This document shows positions 39,179 to 49,900 of a stretch of DNA of 64,000 bases, piece after piece. Where the stretch lies: contig CAYOJJ010000007.1 of the NCBI GenBank assembly GCA_964404255.1, positions 11,659 through 75,658 of the forward strand, read 5' to 3'. Below the pieces are notes generated by a model, which was given only the letters and a program-made list of their open reading frames with translations, ran no database searches and was not told the DNA's origin. The first letter of the stretch is position 1. Each line of letters begins with the position of its first letter. The stretch is from an uncultured Alphaproteobacteria bacterium (GTDB lineage: Bacteria; Bacteroidota; Ignavibacteria; Palsa-1295). The position numbers and the translations under genes are program-made.

Positions 39179-40570
39179 TTAGGCTTCCTCTACAACGACT
39201 CGTGGTGTAACGGCTGTTTTCTTTAGTAATGCCGGCCAATAGGCGACTACTTCGCTTGGCTTCGGGCGCCCGCCGGCAAAACCGGTAACGCTTGGCGGTC
39301 CGGTAAGAATAAGGGGAGCGATGTTCTTGCCGAATTCAACAATGGATCGCTTATCCTGCCCGCGCACCCCAAATTTTACAACTACTTCCTGCACGTCGCT
39401 TTCTTGGGTTGGAGTGAGCGGCCCATGGCAGGAATTGTAGCCGAGGAATTCGGTGCGCATTTCTTCAAAATTGCATCCGGCTTTTTTCAAACGAGCTCGA
39501 AGAATTTTATCGGCGAGCTTGGCTTTCTCCATAGCGTCCGGCCAGGTGTAGGTTAATGTACCCGCCGCCGAATAGCCATCGTTATAGGACATAGAAACTT
39601 TGTAGAACTCCGTCGCAGGCCGGCCTTTGATACCGAACACTTTCACCCGATTCTTGCCGAGATCCTGTAGTTGAATAGAAGTGAAATCGGCGATACAATC
39701 CGGAGTAATATATTCTCTCGGGTCGCCAATTTCATATAGCAATTGCTCGGCTACCGATTGACGATTTACCAAGCCACCGGTACCGGGGTGCTTTGTAATA
39801 ATAAATTCTCCGTTCGGATAGGCTTCGGCAATGGGGAAGCCTATATTTGCAAAATCTTTTACTTTCTTCCAATCGGCAGAAAAATTACCACCCGAGCTTT
39901 GAGCGCCACACTCTAAAATATGGCCGGCAACGGTACCGGCAGCGATCTTATCCCAATCATGTTCCTGCCAGCCGAATTCATGGATCATTGGGGCAAGAGT
40001 AAGACCGGTATCGGTGGTTCGACCGGTAATAACGATCTGTGCGCCCTGACGAAGAGCTTCGACAACCGGCCAGGCACCGAAATAGACATTCGCACTTAAG
40101 ACTCTCGAACGGACATCACTTAATGGCTCGCCCGTCTCCATGTTCTTCAGAGGGTGTCCTTCACCAAGAACAGCATTGAGCGAATCAAGAATATTATCGC
40201 CGAGGACAACGCCTACTTTTATCTTGATGCCTTTTTTTCGTGCAGCAGCGAAGATCGCATCGCGGCAGGCTTCAGGATTGACACCGCCGCCATTGGTAAT
40301 GATCTTGATATTCTTATCGACAATATCGGGAAGGACTTCCTCGATCACTTCAACGAGATCGCGGGCATAGCCGGCGTTCGGATCGCGAAGCTTTTGCTTC
40401 TGCATAATAGACATGGTTACCTCGGCAAGGTAATCCATCATCATGTAATCGAGTGGAGAGCTGGAAGAGGCACGGCGGATCTGATCGATAGGGGCGCTTG
40501 GAAGATCACCCCAAAATCCCTGGCCGGATGCGATACGAATGGTCTGCTTCATACTTGGGCAGTACAACAT
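39179..40570 (-). CDS. DUF1446 (acyclic terpene utilisation AtuA-like) family protein
   Basis: 463 aa; N-terminal IRIASGQGFWGD pattern typical of the family. Confidence 0.5.
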   Translation of the reverse strand: MLYCPSMKQTIRIASGQGFWGDLPSAPIDQIRRASSSSPLDYMMMDYLAEVTMSIMQKQKLRDPNAGYARDLVEVIEEVLPDIVDKNIKIITNGGGVNPEACRDAIFAAARKKGIKIKVGVVLGDNILDSLNAVLGEGHPLKNMETGEPLSDVRSRVLSANVYFGAWPVVEALRQGAQIVITGRTTDTGLTLAPMIHEFGWQEHDWDKIAAGTVAGHILECGAQSSGGNFSADWKKVKDFANIGFPIAEAYPNGEFIITKHPGTGGLVNRQSVAEQLLYEIGDPREYITPDCIADFTSIQLQDLGKNRVKVFGIKGRPATEFYKVSMSYNDGYSAAGTLTYTWPDAMEKAKLADKILRARLKKAGCNFEEMRTEFLGYNSCHGPLTPTQESDVQEVVVKFGVRGQDKRSIVEFGKNIAPLILTGPPSVTGFAGGRPKPSEVVAYWPALLKKTAVTPRVVVEEA

Positions 40571-40587
40571 CCCGAAGGCTCATTTTG

Positions 40588-41235
40588 TCAACGGAAAGTA
40601 CGTGCCAGAAAGCGGTCGATGGGAATGGCAATGAGCATTCCAAGAAATGGGGCGGTAAGATAGATCCATAGCCCCGTCATCGTGCCGGAGATAAGTGCGG
40701 GCCCCAAAGTGCGCGCCGGATTCATCGAGGCACCCGTATAAGGACCTGCTGCCAATGCCGCTAAAAACACGGCAATGCCTATTATTACGGCGGAAACAAA
40801 AGCTGACTTATTCCGGCGTCCCGTCCATAAAATGGTACTCATAAGAAAGCAGGAGATGAGCACTTCGATGCCAAACACATACCATTCGCCAAGCTTTGGT
40901 ATAGTTGCTCCTAATGTTATATTAGCAGGGAATAACGCATGTAATACCAGGCTGGCACTAAGAGCGCCTGCACATTGCCATACAAAGCGAAAGAAATACT
41001 TCGGAGCAGAGACTTCTTTCCTAAGCAGGAAAATAAGACTTACCGAAGGGTTGAAATGCCCGCTATCGATACGCTCACAAACAAGGATAGCAATGCTCAC
41101 AGCGAGGCCCCATATAAGGCATACTCCGAGATGACCCAGCGCCCCGGATGTACTATCGTTAACAATCATAGCTCCTGTACCGAGAAGCACAATGATAAAA
41201 GTACCGAGAAACTCGGCCAGAGCAAGACGGCGCAT
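40588..41235 (-). CDS. MIP-family channel (aquaporin/aquaglyceroporin; possible arsenite channel)
   Basis: First NPA box as NPS in SGHFNPSVS and second NPA box as NPAR; 6 TM helices; adjacent to arsC. Confidence 0.75.
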   Translation of the reverse strand: MRRLALAEFLGTFIIVLLGTGAMIVNDSTSGALGHLGVCLIWGLAVSIAILVCERIDSGHFNPSVSLIFLLRKEVSAPKYFFRFVWQCAGALSASLVLHALFPANITLGATIPKLGEWYVFGIEVLISCFLMSTILWTGRRNKSAFVSAVIIGIAVFLAALAAGPYTGASMNPARTLGPALISGTMTGLWIYLTAPFLGMLIAIPIDRFLARTFR

Positions 41236-41243
41236 ATATCTTA

Positions 41244-41717
41244 CTATAAACCGATCTCTTGAACCGCTTTGTGATAATCGGCTTCGGTGAGCCCGGTTGG
41301 AATGCTTAAAAACCGGCGGATACTTTGCTCTATTTCGCCGGCGATCTTCCGGTAAAAAGCCAGTTGCTCTTCACGGCTGCCCTCATATTTTGCCGGGTCT
41401 TCAAAACCCCAATGTGCTGTGGCAGGATGCCCTGGTAATACCGGGCAGGCTTCTTTTGCATTATCGCAAACAGTAATGAGAATATCGATCGGGCGTTGTA
41501 AGAATTCCTCAACCGATTTCGAGCGATTGGAAGAAATATCGATTCCCAACTGCTTCATCGTTTCGATCGCAAGTGGGTGAACATACCCTTCCGGCCTTGA
41601 ACCGGCACTGAAGACCTCAAAACGATCGCCACCGAATGCTTTCATAAATCCTTCGGCCATCTGGCTGCGGCAGGAATTGCCGGTACACAAAAAGAGTATG
41701 CTTTTTTTACGGTCCAT
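41244..41717 (-). CDS. arsC: Arsenate reductase, low-molecular-weight phosphotyrosine-phosphatase family
   Basis: CTGNSCRSQMAE P-loop; further Cys in VCDNAKEACP. Confidence 0.75.
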   Translation of the reverse strand: MDRKKSILFLCTGNSCRSQMAEGFMKAFGGDRFEVFSAGSRPEGYVHPLAIETMKQLGIDISSNRSKSVEEFLQRPIDILITVCDNAKEACPVLPGHPATAHWGFEDPAKYEGSREEQLAFYRKIAGEIEQSIRRFLSIPTGLTEADYHKAVQEIGL

Positions 41718-41932
41718 ATATCGGTCGTTAACGATAGAAAAATAATGATTCGAAGATCAGGGATTTGAACTCTCAACAGCAGTGCTATCAATTCAGTAAT
41801 AGCCATAGCGGGTTAATCGCGTCCGCCGTAGCTTTTTTGGCATAGTCACCGTTGGACTTATTTATCGTAAAAAAACGATAAAAGGTTCTCGATAAGGCAA
41901 CATTTATCAATTGCCAAATTGTTACCTTTTCA

Positions 41933-42895
41933 ATGAAACGATTTGCGATTATCGGTGCGCCCTGTATCGATGAAGTAATAAGCCCCTCGGGAGAGATCAC
42001 ATCCCGCCAGTTGGGTGGTATATTATATTCTTATGCGGTTGCCGAGCGTCTGATCGCTTCGTTAGGTCTGAATGTAGAGGTAATACCGTTGTCCTTTATT
42101 TCAATAGCGGATGCAGACTTATTACAACCGTTCTTTTCTTCACTCCATCATTTTAATTTTAGTTTCGCTCCCCGCACGTACGATCATCTGTCGAACAGAG
42201 TAAAGCTATTATACAAAACCGATTCGAGCCGCACGGAATATTGTGCGAGTATTTTGCCGGAGCTTACGGCCGAGCACTTACCGGCAGCATTACTGCAAAG
42301 CCTGGATGGGATCTTTATAAATATGATTTCGGGATTTGATATTACTCTGCCCACACTTCAGCACATCCGATCGAATACCGATGCTTACATCCATCTCGAT
42401 ACCCATGCGCTGATCCTCGGAGAACTCTCGAGTGACAGTGAAAAACCGCGCAAAGTATCCGGCGTAAAGGAATGGAGGCAATGGCTTTCAAATGTAGATT
42501 CCCTGCAATGTAATGAGATGGAGGCTGATTGGCTGGGAGTACCCGATACGACTACGGAAATGGAATTACTCAGAGCTGCACGTTCGCTCTATAATAAAAA
42601 TGGCTATCCAAAACAATTTGTCATCACCCGAGCCGAACGCGGCGCCACAGTATTCGATTTTACTACGGAGCAGATCTGGAATAAAGCTCCGTATCAGAAA
42701 GATATTCGAAATACCACCGGTTCCGGTGATGTCTTCGGGGCTGCTTATACCTTGAGCAGGATGCTTGGGACTTCGGTAGAACAATCGCTTTGGCAAGCAG
42801 AAGCGATTGCCGGTTGGAATGCGACGCTCGATCAGCTTGAAGAGCTTCTAAAAGCTCCTTTTGGCCCGGAAATAGGGGAATCAGTAGCAAAATGA
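41933..42895 (+). CDS. PfkB-family (ribokinase-like) carbohydrate/nucleoside kinase
   Basis: C-terminal GSGDVFGAAY motif. Confidence 0.6.
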   Translation: MKRFAIIGAPCIDEVISPSGEITSRQLGGILYSYAVAERLIASLGLNVEVIPLSFISIADADLLQPFFSSLHHFNFSFAPRTYDHLSNRVKLLYKTDSSRTEYCASILPELTAEHLPAALLQSLDGIFINMISGFDITLPTLQHIRSNTDAYIHLDTHALILGELSSDSEKPRKVSGVKEWRQWLSNVDSLQCNEMEADWLGVPDTTTEMELLRAARSLYNKNGYPKQFVITRAERGATVFDFTTEQIWNKAPYQKDIRNTTGSGDVFGAAYTLSRMLGTSVEQSLWQAEAIAGWNATLDQLEELLKAPFGPEIGESVAK

Positions 42896-42981
42896 CGGCA
42901 TCCAATGAAAAAATATTAACCGCATTTTTCGGACTAAAACAGGAATTCCAGCTGTTATATTTTGTGACCAAAAAGGAGTTG

Positions 42982-43260
42982 ATGATGAGTAGGGTAGTAT
43001 TAGTACTTTTAGGATTGAGCCTGAGCGCCACAGGGGCGTTGGCTCAATCGGTGGAAAAACCCCCGGAGAAACCGATACCTTCGGTGAATTCGGCTACTGC
43101 TCCTTCTCCAACAAAAAGCAGAATACTGAATAATGATGTTAAACGAGAAGAGCTGACAAAAAAATTAGAATTCAGAAAACAGGAATTACATCAATGTCAG
43201 CATAAAGACAGGGCTGCCGGTGACCAGCACCAGCGTAGCGATGCCCATAAAAAAGAATGA
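42982..43260 (+). CDS. Small secreted Pro/Lys-rich hypothetical protein
   Basis: Signal peptide MMSRVVLVLLGLSLSATGALAQ; the ORF is open from 42892. Confidence 0.35.
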   Translation: MMSRVVLVLLGLSLSATGALAQSVEKPPEKPIPSVNSATAPSPTKSRILNNDVKREELTKKLEFRKQELHQCQHKDRAAGDQHQRSDAHKKE

Positions 43261-43280
43261 TCGAAGGATCTTAATAAAAA

Positions 43281-43316
43281 GAAAACGCCCGGTTTCCCGG
43301 GCGTTTCTGTTTTATT
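43281..43316 (+). terminator. Rho-independent terminator
   Basis: aaacgcccggtttcccgggcgtttctgtttt. Confidence 0.7.
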
Positions 43317-43678
43317 GGGAATAGAGATCCACCATTTGCTCTGCCAACAAACAATGGGCAATACCCCAATTACCGTATCAATACAATCCTCATCACATTC
43401 AATAATCTCACTCATGCGGGACGGACACCCGTGTAACACATAAGATAGATCACAACCCGGGAGTCATGTCCCGGCACGAGTGAAGATCGTAGCTAATTGG
43501 TTGTCAATGTGCTTTTCTCAACTATGCTCTCTGGTAGTATATACATACAATCTTTGTACCAAAGATTTATATAATTTTAAGAAATAGTTTAAAATATTAA
43601 AACCCCTTTTCTTGCAACCCCTGGCCGATTTTGTCGTAGTTTTGGTGTGGGTATTTTTTACTACTATCTCGCCGGCGA

Positions 43679-44374
43679 ATGAGAATTTTGGTTATCGAAG
43701 ATGAAAAGAAAGTAGCTCGGTTTGTCGAGCAGGGACTGCGCGAAGAAAAGTACGACGTTGATGTTGCATTCGATGGAGAAGAAGGGCTTCAACGCGCATT
43801 AGCCGATAGTTACGATCTTGTTATTACCGATCTTATGATGCCAAAAAAATCCGGGATCGAGGTAATACAGGGTATTCGAGCTGCCGGCAGGGCAGTACCG
43901 ATCCTCTGCCTGACAGCAAAGACTGCTATTGGCGATAAAGTAGAGGGCCTCGATGCAGGCGCCGACGATTATCTGACCAAACCCTTTTTATTTGAAGAAC
44001 TGGCCGCGCGAGTACGGTCGTTACTTCGCCGCTCCGATATCGAAAAGAAAACCCAGCTTGCTACCCACGATCTTGTTCTCGATACGGTTACCCATACGGC
44101 GAAACGGTTGAAATCGGGCTCTACTTCCGAAGAAATAAAGATCCCCTTAACGGTAAAAGAGTATGAGTTACTTGAATTCCTGCTCCGCCATAAAGGCAAA
44201 GTTATTTCACGATCGGTGATCACCCAAAATGTATGGGGATATTCCTTTACGATGGGGTCTAATGTGATCGATGTCTATGTAAAACGTCTTCGTGAAAAGC
44301 TCGATGGCACTCGTCCTGAAGAAGAGCGTCTGCTTATCAGCGAACGAGGCGTTGGGTATGGTATAAAAGAATAA
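43679..44374 (+). CDS. OmpR-family two-component response regulator
   Basis: Receiver domain (conserved Asp in LVITDLMMP) plus winged-helix output domain. Confidence 0.85.
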   Translation: MRILVIEDEKKVARFVEQGLREEKYDVDVAFDGEEGLQRALADSYDLVITDLMMPKKSGIEVIQGIRAAGRAVPILCLTAKTAIGDKVEGLDAGADDYLTKPFLFEELAARVRSLLRRSDIEKKTQLATHDLVLDTVTHTAKRLKSGSTSEEIKIPLTVKEYELLEFLLRHKGKVISRSVITQNVWGYSFTMGSNVIDVYVKRLREKLDGTRPEEERLLISERGVGYGIKE

Positions 44375-44386
44375 CTTGTAGGCTCA

Positions 44387-45100
44387 TTGTTTTTTTTGCG
44401 CGTCTTTTTTTGGGTTTTGGTCCTTATCATAGTATGCTCTGAAGCTACTATCGGGCTTGCCCAACAGCGGGATTCTACTTCCTCCGGCGATCCGAATGCT
44501 TTCCGGCTATTACTCGCGCCAACGTCCGTCGGTTTACCGGCTAATCATGGCTCTATTCAGTTAGCTGAATTATCGGTACCCTGTATCAATTATGGTATTA
44601 TTGACGAGCTTATCGTCCGTGGCGGCATAGCTCCGTTTACGATCGACGGACACTTATTATATTTTACCATGGCCGGTCTTGAAGTCTTTAATTATAGCGG
44701 GTTTTCAGGTCTCGGAGGGCTTGCCATAACGAGTATGACGGGTAGCGGCCGCTCGTGGGAAAGTTCGCTCTATGGCTTCGGAGTGCTCGGATATACAAGT
44801 CCAGGGATCGGTATCTATGGCGGCTTTGGCGGAGGATATTCAGCAAGCAGGGAGTCTAATTCTGCTATAGTAATGCTTGGCGCTGTTTTGCCGGTAAGCA
44901 GTCATAATGCGGTGGTAACCGAGAATTGGATCATACCCGAAAGCGGTACTGAAGCAGTGTCTTTAGGAGTCAGGATCTGGGGAAAAGTGCTTTCCGGAGA
45001 TTTTGGGATCATTGCCATTACCAGAGAACATTCCCTGCAATTCCAAACGGTTGCGCCCTGGGTATCGTTATCGTATCACTTCGATGCTTCGGACGAGTAA
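44387..45100 (+). CDS. Hypothetical exported protein (Gly/Ser-rich; possible beta-barrel) between the regulator and the kinase
   Basis: Signal peptide; its stop overlaps the kinase ATG (TAATG). Confidence 0.45.
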   Translation: MFFLRVFFWVLVLIIVCSEATIGLAQQRDSTSSGDPNAFRLLLAPTSVGLPANHGSIQLAELSVPCINYGIIDELIVRGGIAPFTIDGHLLYFTMAGLEVFNYSGFSGLGGLAITSMTGSGRSWESSLYGFGVLGYTSPGIGIYGGFGGGYSASRESNSAIVMLGAVLPVSSHNAVVTENWIIPESGTEAVSLGVRIWGKVLSGDFGIIAITREHSLQFQTVAPWVSLSYHFDASDE

Positions 45101-46704
45101 TGCTTAGAGTTCGGCTGGTATTATGGTATTCGCTATTGGTAGTACTTACTGTCGCAACAGTGGGGGCTATCCAGTATGTGTTACTGTACCGCTCGCTTAC
45201 CGAAGAACTCGATACCTCTTTGCTTGAGGATGCCCGCGCTACCTTGAGGCTGGTCCAAAGCCGGAGTGCAAAGCAACTGGCGAGAACCTCTGTCGAACCT
45301 CACAGTAACTTCGGTCATAATTCGCTTAAAGAACTTGTCGATGAAGCGCTTTCCCAGGCTCCGGATACTTTAAAGGGAGATGAACTGACCGATAGGGTAT
45401 TAACCTACCTTATGAACGAGATGCTGATCGAACTATCCGGTAAAGATAGTTCGGCATCGGATCCGCTCGATCTTATCGTCGAACGGACTCTGACAAGCCG
45501 TCGCAACAATATGGTCGAGATCTTTTCTTTGCCATTCGTCTCCGATTCGACTTCTGTATTATTTCGGACAAAGAACCTGGGGCAGCAATCGCTGCAAAAA
45601 ACCTTTAGTGGTACTTTTATTCCTTTGCGCGATTCTGCAGTTAAATGCGGAAGCAAAACAATGGGCAAGGATGAGGTCCGGGCAGCCTTCTGCGGCTCGA
45701 AACATTTTGGTGTGATGGTAGCCTATTCGACCAATGACATCGATGCCTCAGTTTCGAGTTTACTGCAAACCTATCTCTTCTTATTACCGGTAGCGCTGAT
45801 AATCGCCTCGCTTGGCGGACTTCTACTTTCGAAAAAAGCTCTTCGCCCGATAGAAGAAATAGCCGAGACGGCCCGGGATATAAATGCAAGAAATCTTTCG
45901 AATCGTATTCTCATGCCCGATCGCCAGGATAAAGAACTGGCGCTGCTGGTAACAACGCTCAATACGATGTTCGAGCGATTGGAGAATTCCTTTCAGCGTA
46001 TCGCCCAATTTTCAAGCGATGCTTCGCATGAACTCAAGACACCGTTGGCGATCATGCGAGGGGAGATCGAGCAAATGCAGCGCAAGATAGAATTAACCAA
46101 AACGCTCGATCGCGCAGAGGCTGAGCAGTTGCTTTCCAGCATGACCGAAGAGGTCAATAGAATGCAGCGTATTGTCGAAGGTCTGCTGTTGCTTGCCAAG
46201 GCTGACGATCAGCGGCTTTCACTGGAGCTTGAAGAATTCGATCTTAGTGAGTTTCTTTCTTCGATTGCCGAGGATACAGAAATCCTCGCTGCCGATAAAG
46301 GACTGGAGTTTGTTTCCGATATTTTGGCCGGGCCGGTTCTCGTTCGAGCCGATAAAACCAAGTTCTATCAGGTACTGATGAATCTTGTCGATAATGCCTT
46401 GAAATATACTCCGGCCCCGGGGACGATAACGATGTATTTGTATCGGAAGCACAATGCCGTCGTCTTCGGAGTAAAGGATACGGGTAAGGGAATAGCGCCG
46501 GAAGATCAGGAAAAGATTTTCCAACGGTTCTTTCGTACCGAAGAGGCCCGCTCGCACCGTGGGGCAGAGTATGTTGCCAGATCGCTTGGGCTTGGGCTCG
46601 CCATTGTAAAATCGATCGTGGAAGCCCATGGGGGAACGATCACCGTTGAAAGTGCTCTTGATAAAGGAGCCAATTTTATTATTACACTTCCCGCTACCGC
46701 TTAG
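45100..46704 (+). CDS. Sensor histidine kinase (TM sensor / HAMP / HisKA / HATPase_c)
   Basis: H-box SHELKTPLA; ATP-binding DTGKGI, GLGLAIVK. Confidence 0.85.
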   Translation: MLRVRLVLWYSLLVVLTVATVGAIQYVLLYRSLTEELDTSLLEDARATLRLVQSRSAKQLARTSVEPHSNFGHNSLKELVDEALSQAPDTLKGDELTDRVLTYLMNEMLIELSGKDSSASDPLDLIVERTLTSRRNNMVEIFSLPFVSDSTSVLFRTKNLGQQSLQKTFSGTFIPLRDSAVKCGSKTMGKDEVRAAFCGSKHFGVMVAYSTNDIDASVSSLLQTYLFLLPVALIIASLGGLLLSKKALRPIEEIAETARDINARNLSNRILMPDRQDKELALLVTTLNTMFERLENSFQRIAQFSSDASHELKTPLAIMRGEIEQMQRKIELTKTLDRAEAEQLLSSMTEEVNRMQRIVEGLLLLAKADDQRLSLELEEFDLSEFLSSIAEDTEILAADKGLEFVSDILAGPVLVRADKTKFYQVLMNLVDNALKYTPAPGTITMYLYRKHNAVVFGVKDTGKGIAPEDQEKIFQRFFRTEEARSHRGAEYVARSLGLGLAIVKSIVEAHGGTITVESALDKGANFIITLPATA

Positions 46705-46922
46705 TCCTGGAATTGTCGTTATCTAAGGTAATTTGCTACTATAATACTAAAAAAGAAAAGCGGATACGCATATCAATAGCGTATCCGCCCCCTGAGATTC
46801 ATCCGGCAACCACACACACGACAAACGGTTACCGTACTCATCACAAAACTACTACGACGGATCTCAACCCCCTATAGTAAAATTGAACTAATACCTACTT
46901 TTAAATTCTAATACAAAAATAC

Positions 46923-46959
46923 AAAAAAAATGGACTCCCGTACGAGAGTCCATTTTTTT
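46923..46959. terminator. Bidirectional rho-independent terminator
   Basis: aaaaaaaatggactcccgtacgagagtccatttttttg. Confidence 0.7.
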
Positions 46960-46975
46960 GCTATAAATTCTCAGC

Positions 46976-49900
46976 TTAGAAAGTAACTTCGGCGCTTTCC
47001 ACTCTGGCTACCCACCTGACGGTCTCGCTTGTGCCGCCGTTATTCTGGAATTGCACGTCTAATTCATTGCTGGCTGTACCAACGACCCGGACATTCCATC
47101 CCGTCGGTTCTGCACTGGTCAAATTGATGACAGTTGCTCCGGCGGCGATAGTTACCGTACCGCCATTATTGATAGCAACGCCGGTGATCTCCCAGCCACC
47201 GAAGTTTCCTCCGCCTGTTGCCTTGGCAACAACGGTGATATGGAAACTGTGAGCAGCATTAGCCGGCATGGTGATCTTGGCAGATCCGCCATCGAGAAAC
47301 ATCGAAGACCAGGTACCGGAGTTATCGTTAACGGAATTGCGAACGGTCAGTACCGAAGTCTGAGCATCGCCATTGGAAGCAAATGAACCACTGGCCTGAG
47401 CCATCTGTCCGTAATTCGAGGCCGTTGCATTTCTTCCACCGGGGATCATTGCATAAGAACCGGAAGCAGTATTATTGAATCCACCACTAACAACACTATA
47501 GCCTCCTTGTGCTTTATTGGTACCTCCACCGGCAACAACATTATAACCTGGGGCTGATGCATTAGGAGTAGCGAGATTGGAATTACCGCCGCCAACGACG
47601 TTGTACCCCGAGCCATTAGTGGAAGTACCATTGGCTTGATTACTTACACCGCCGGCAATGACATTCGCACCAGAAGTCGTGCCGCTACCGCCCTGGGCGC
47701 TATTCGTATAACCACCGACGATCACATTGAAGCCACCCCAATCGGCTGCGCCGCCGGATGCATTATTGTTTTGTCCGCCTACCACGATATTATATCCGGA
47801 AGGAGCACCGGAGGATGTCGTATTACCACTTGCAGTATTGGCGATACCACCACCGATAAAATTAGCGCCGGAAAAATTACCCGAACTTCCATTGGCATGA
47901 TTACTCAGGCCGCCGGTAACGGTATTGTAGCCACTATTGGAAGATGAACTTCCACCTAAAGCAGTATTACCACTACCGCCGGCTACAGTATTAAAGCCGG
48001 TGCCATCGGCAGTACCACCGTTGGCCTGGTTACTTACACCACCGCCAATACTATTATAGCCGGTATTATTATTTGCCGAGCCTGATGCATGGTTGTTCTG
48101 TCCGCCGGAGATAGTATTTGCTCCTGAATTATTTCCATCGGAGCCGTTGGCAATATTATTAAAACCTCCTCCGATGGTATTAAGGCCAGAGTTTATACCA
48201 TTGCCGCCATTCGCCTGACTGGTATAGGCAGAGCCAATTTGATTGAAGCCGGAGAAGGTGCCAGCTCCGCCGTTGGCATGGTTACTATATCCTCCGACTA
48301 CGGCATTCATACCGGACCAATCGGCACTACCACCATTAGCAGTATTACCATAACCGCCGCTGACGACATTAGCACCACTTGGGGTAGTAGTAGAAGAACC
48401 ACCATTAGCACTATTATTCAAGCCACCGGCAATGGTATTGGCGCCGCTCACAATACCCGAACCACCATTGGCATGATTATTTTGACCACCGGAAACAGTG
48501 TTTGAACCGCTGTTTGAAGACGAACTTCCACCCAGAGCAGTATTACCAAGACCACCGGCAACAGAATTATAACCGGTACCATCGGCAGTACCGCCGTTAG
48601 CCAGGTTATTTATACCTCCTCCAATACTATTCCCACCGCTATTATTATTTGCAGAACCTGCGGCATGATTATTCTCTCCGCCCGAAACAGTATTAAGCCC
48701 GGAATTATTTCCATCACTTCCGGTGGCAATATTATTGAAGCCTCCGCCGATCATATTAAGACCGGAAAGAGAGCCCGTTCCACCATCGGCATGATTAAAG
48801 TATCCGGTTCCGATATGATTAAACCCCGAAAAGGACCCGGTATTACCGGTAGCAGTACCGGAATAGCCACCGCTTATCGTGTTGAAGCCAGACCAATCGC
48901 CGCTATTGGCATTTGCATTATTATTAAACCCACCGGCGATCACATTGCCTCCACTCGGAGTAACAGTAGAAGAACCACCGTTGGCAGTGTTATTACCGCC
49001 GCCGCTAATAGTATTTACACCAGCCACTATTCCGGAACCGCCGTTGGCATGGTTGTTTTGTCCTCCACTAATGGTATTGCCTCCTCCGGTTGAAGCATTA
49101 CTGCCCCCGAGAGCGGTATTACCAGTACCACCGGCAACAGTATTGAATCCCGTACCATCGGCCGCTCCGCCGTTAGCCTGATTATTATTTCCTCCACCAA
49201 TACTATTATAGCCGGTATTATTATTGGCCGTCCCCGAGGCACGGTTGCTCTGGCCGCCACTAATCGTATTCCCACCTGAATTGTTGCCATCGGAGCCATT
49301 GGCAATCTGATTAAATCCGCCACCGATAGTATTTAAGCCCGAGAAGGATCCTATTCCACCATTTGCCTGGCTGATATAGCCAAGACCAATATGATTAAAG
49401 CCCGACATGCTACCGGTATTTCCATTGGCAGAATTAAGATATCCTCCTCCAATGACATTCAATCCGGACCAATCGCCGCTATTTCCACTTGCAGAATTTA
49501 TATAGCCACCACCAATTACATTGGCTCCGCTTGGAGTAGAAGTAGAAGAACCACCATTGGCAGTATTACTTGCACCGCCGGAGATTACATTGAGACCACC
49601 AACGATTCCCGAACCACCATTAGCATGATTGCCTTGACCACCTGCTACCGTATTTGCACCACCTAAGGAGGTGGTACTTCCTCCTAATGCAGTATTGGAG
49701 TTGCCGCCGCCAACAGTATTATAGCCGGCACTCGTGGCCGTACCGCCATTGGCCTGGTTACCGCTACCACCGGCAACAGTATTATATCCAGTTGCATCTG
49801 CAGAACCGCCATTGGCCTGATTTCCACCGCCACCGGCAACAGTATTATAACCTGTATTATTATTGGCACTACCGGAGGCACGGTTGGCTTGACCACCGGC

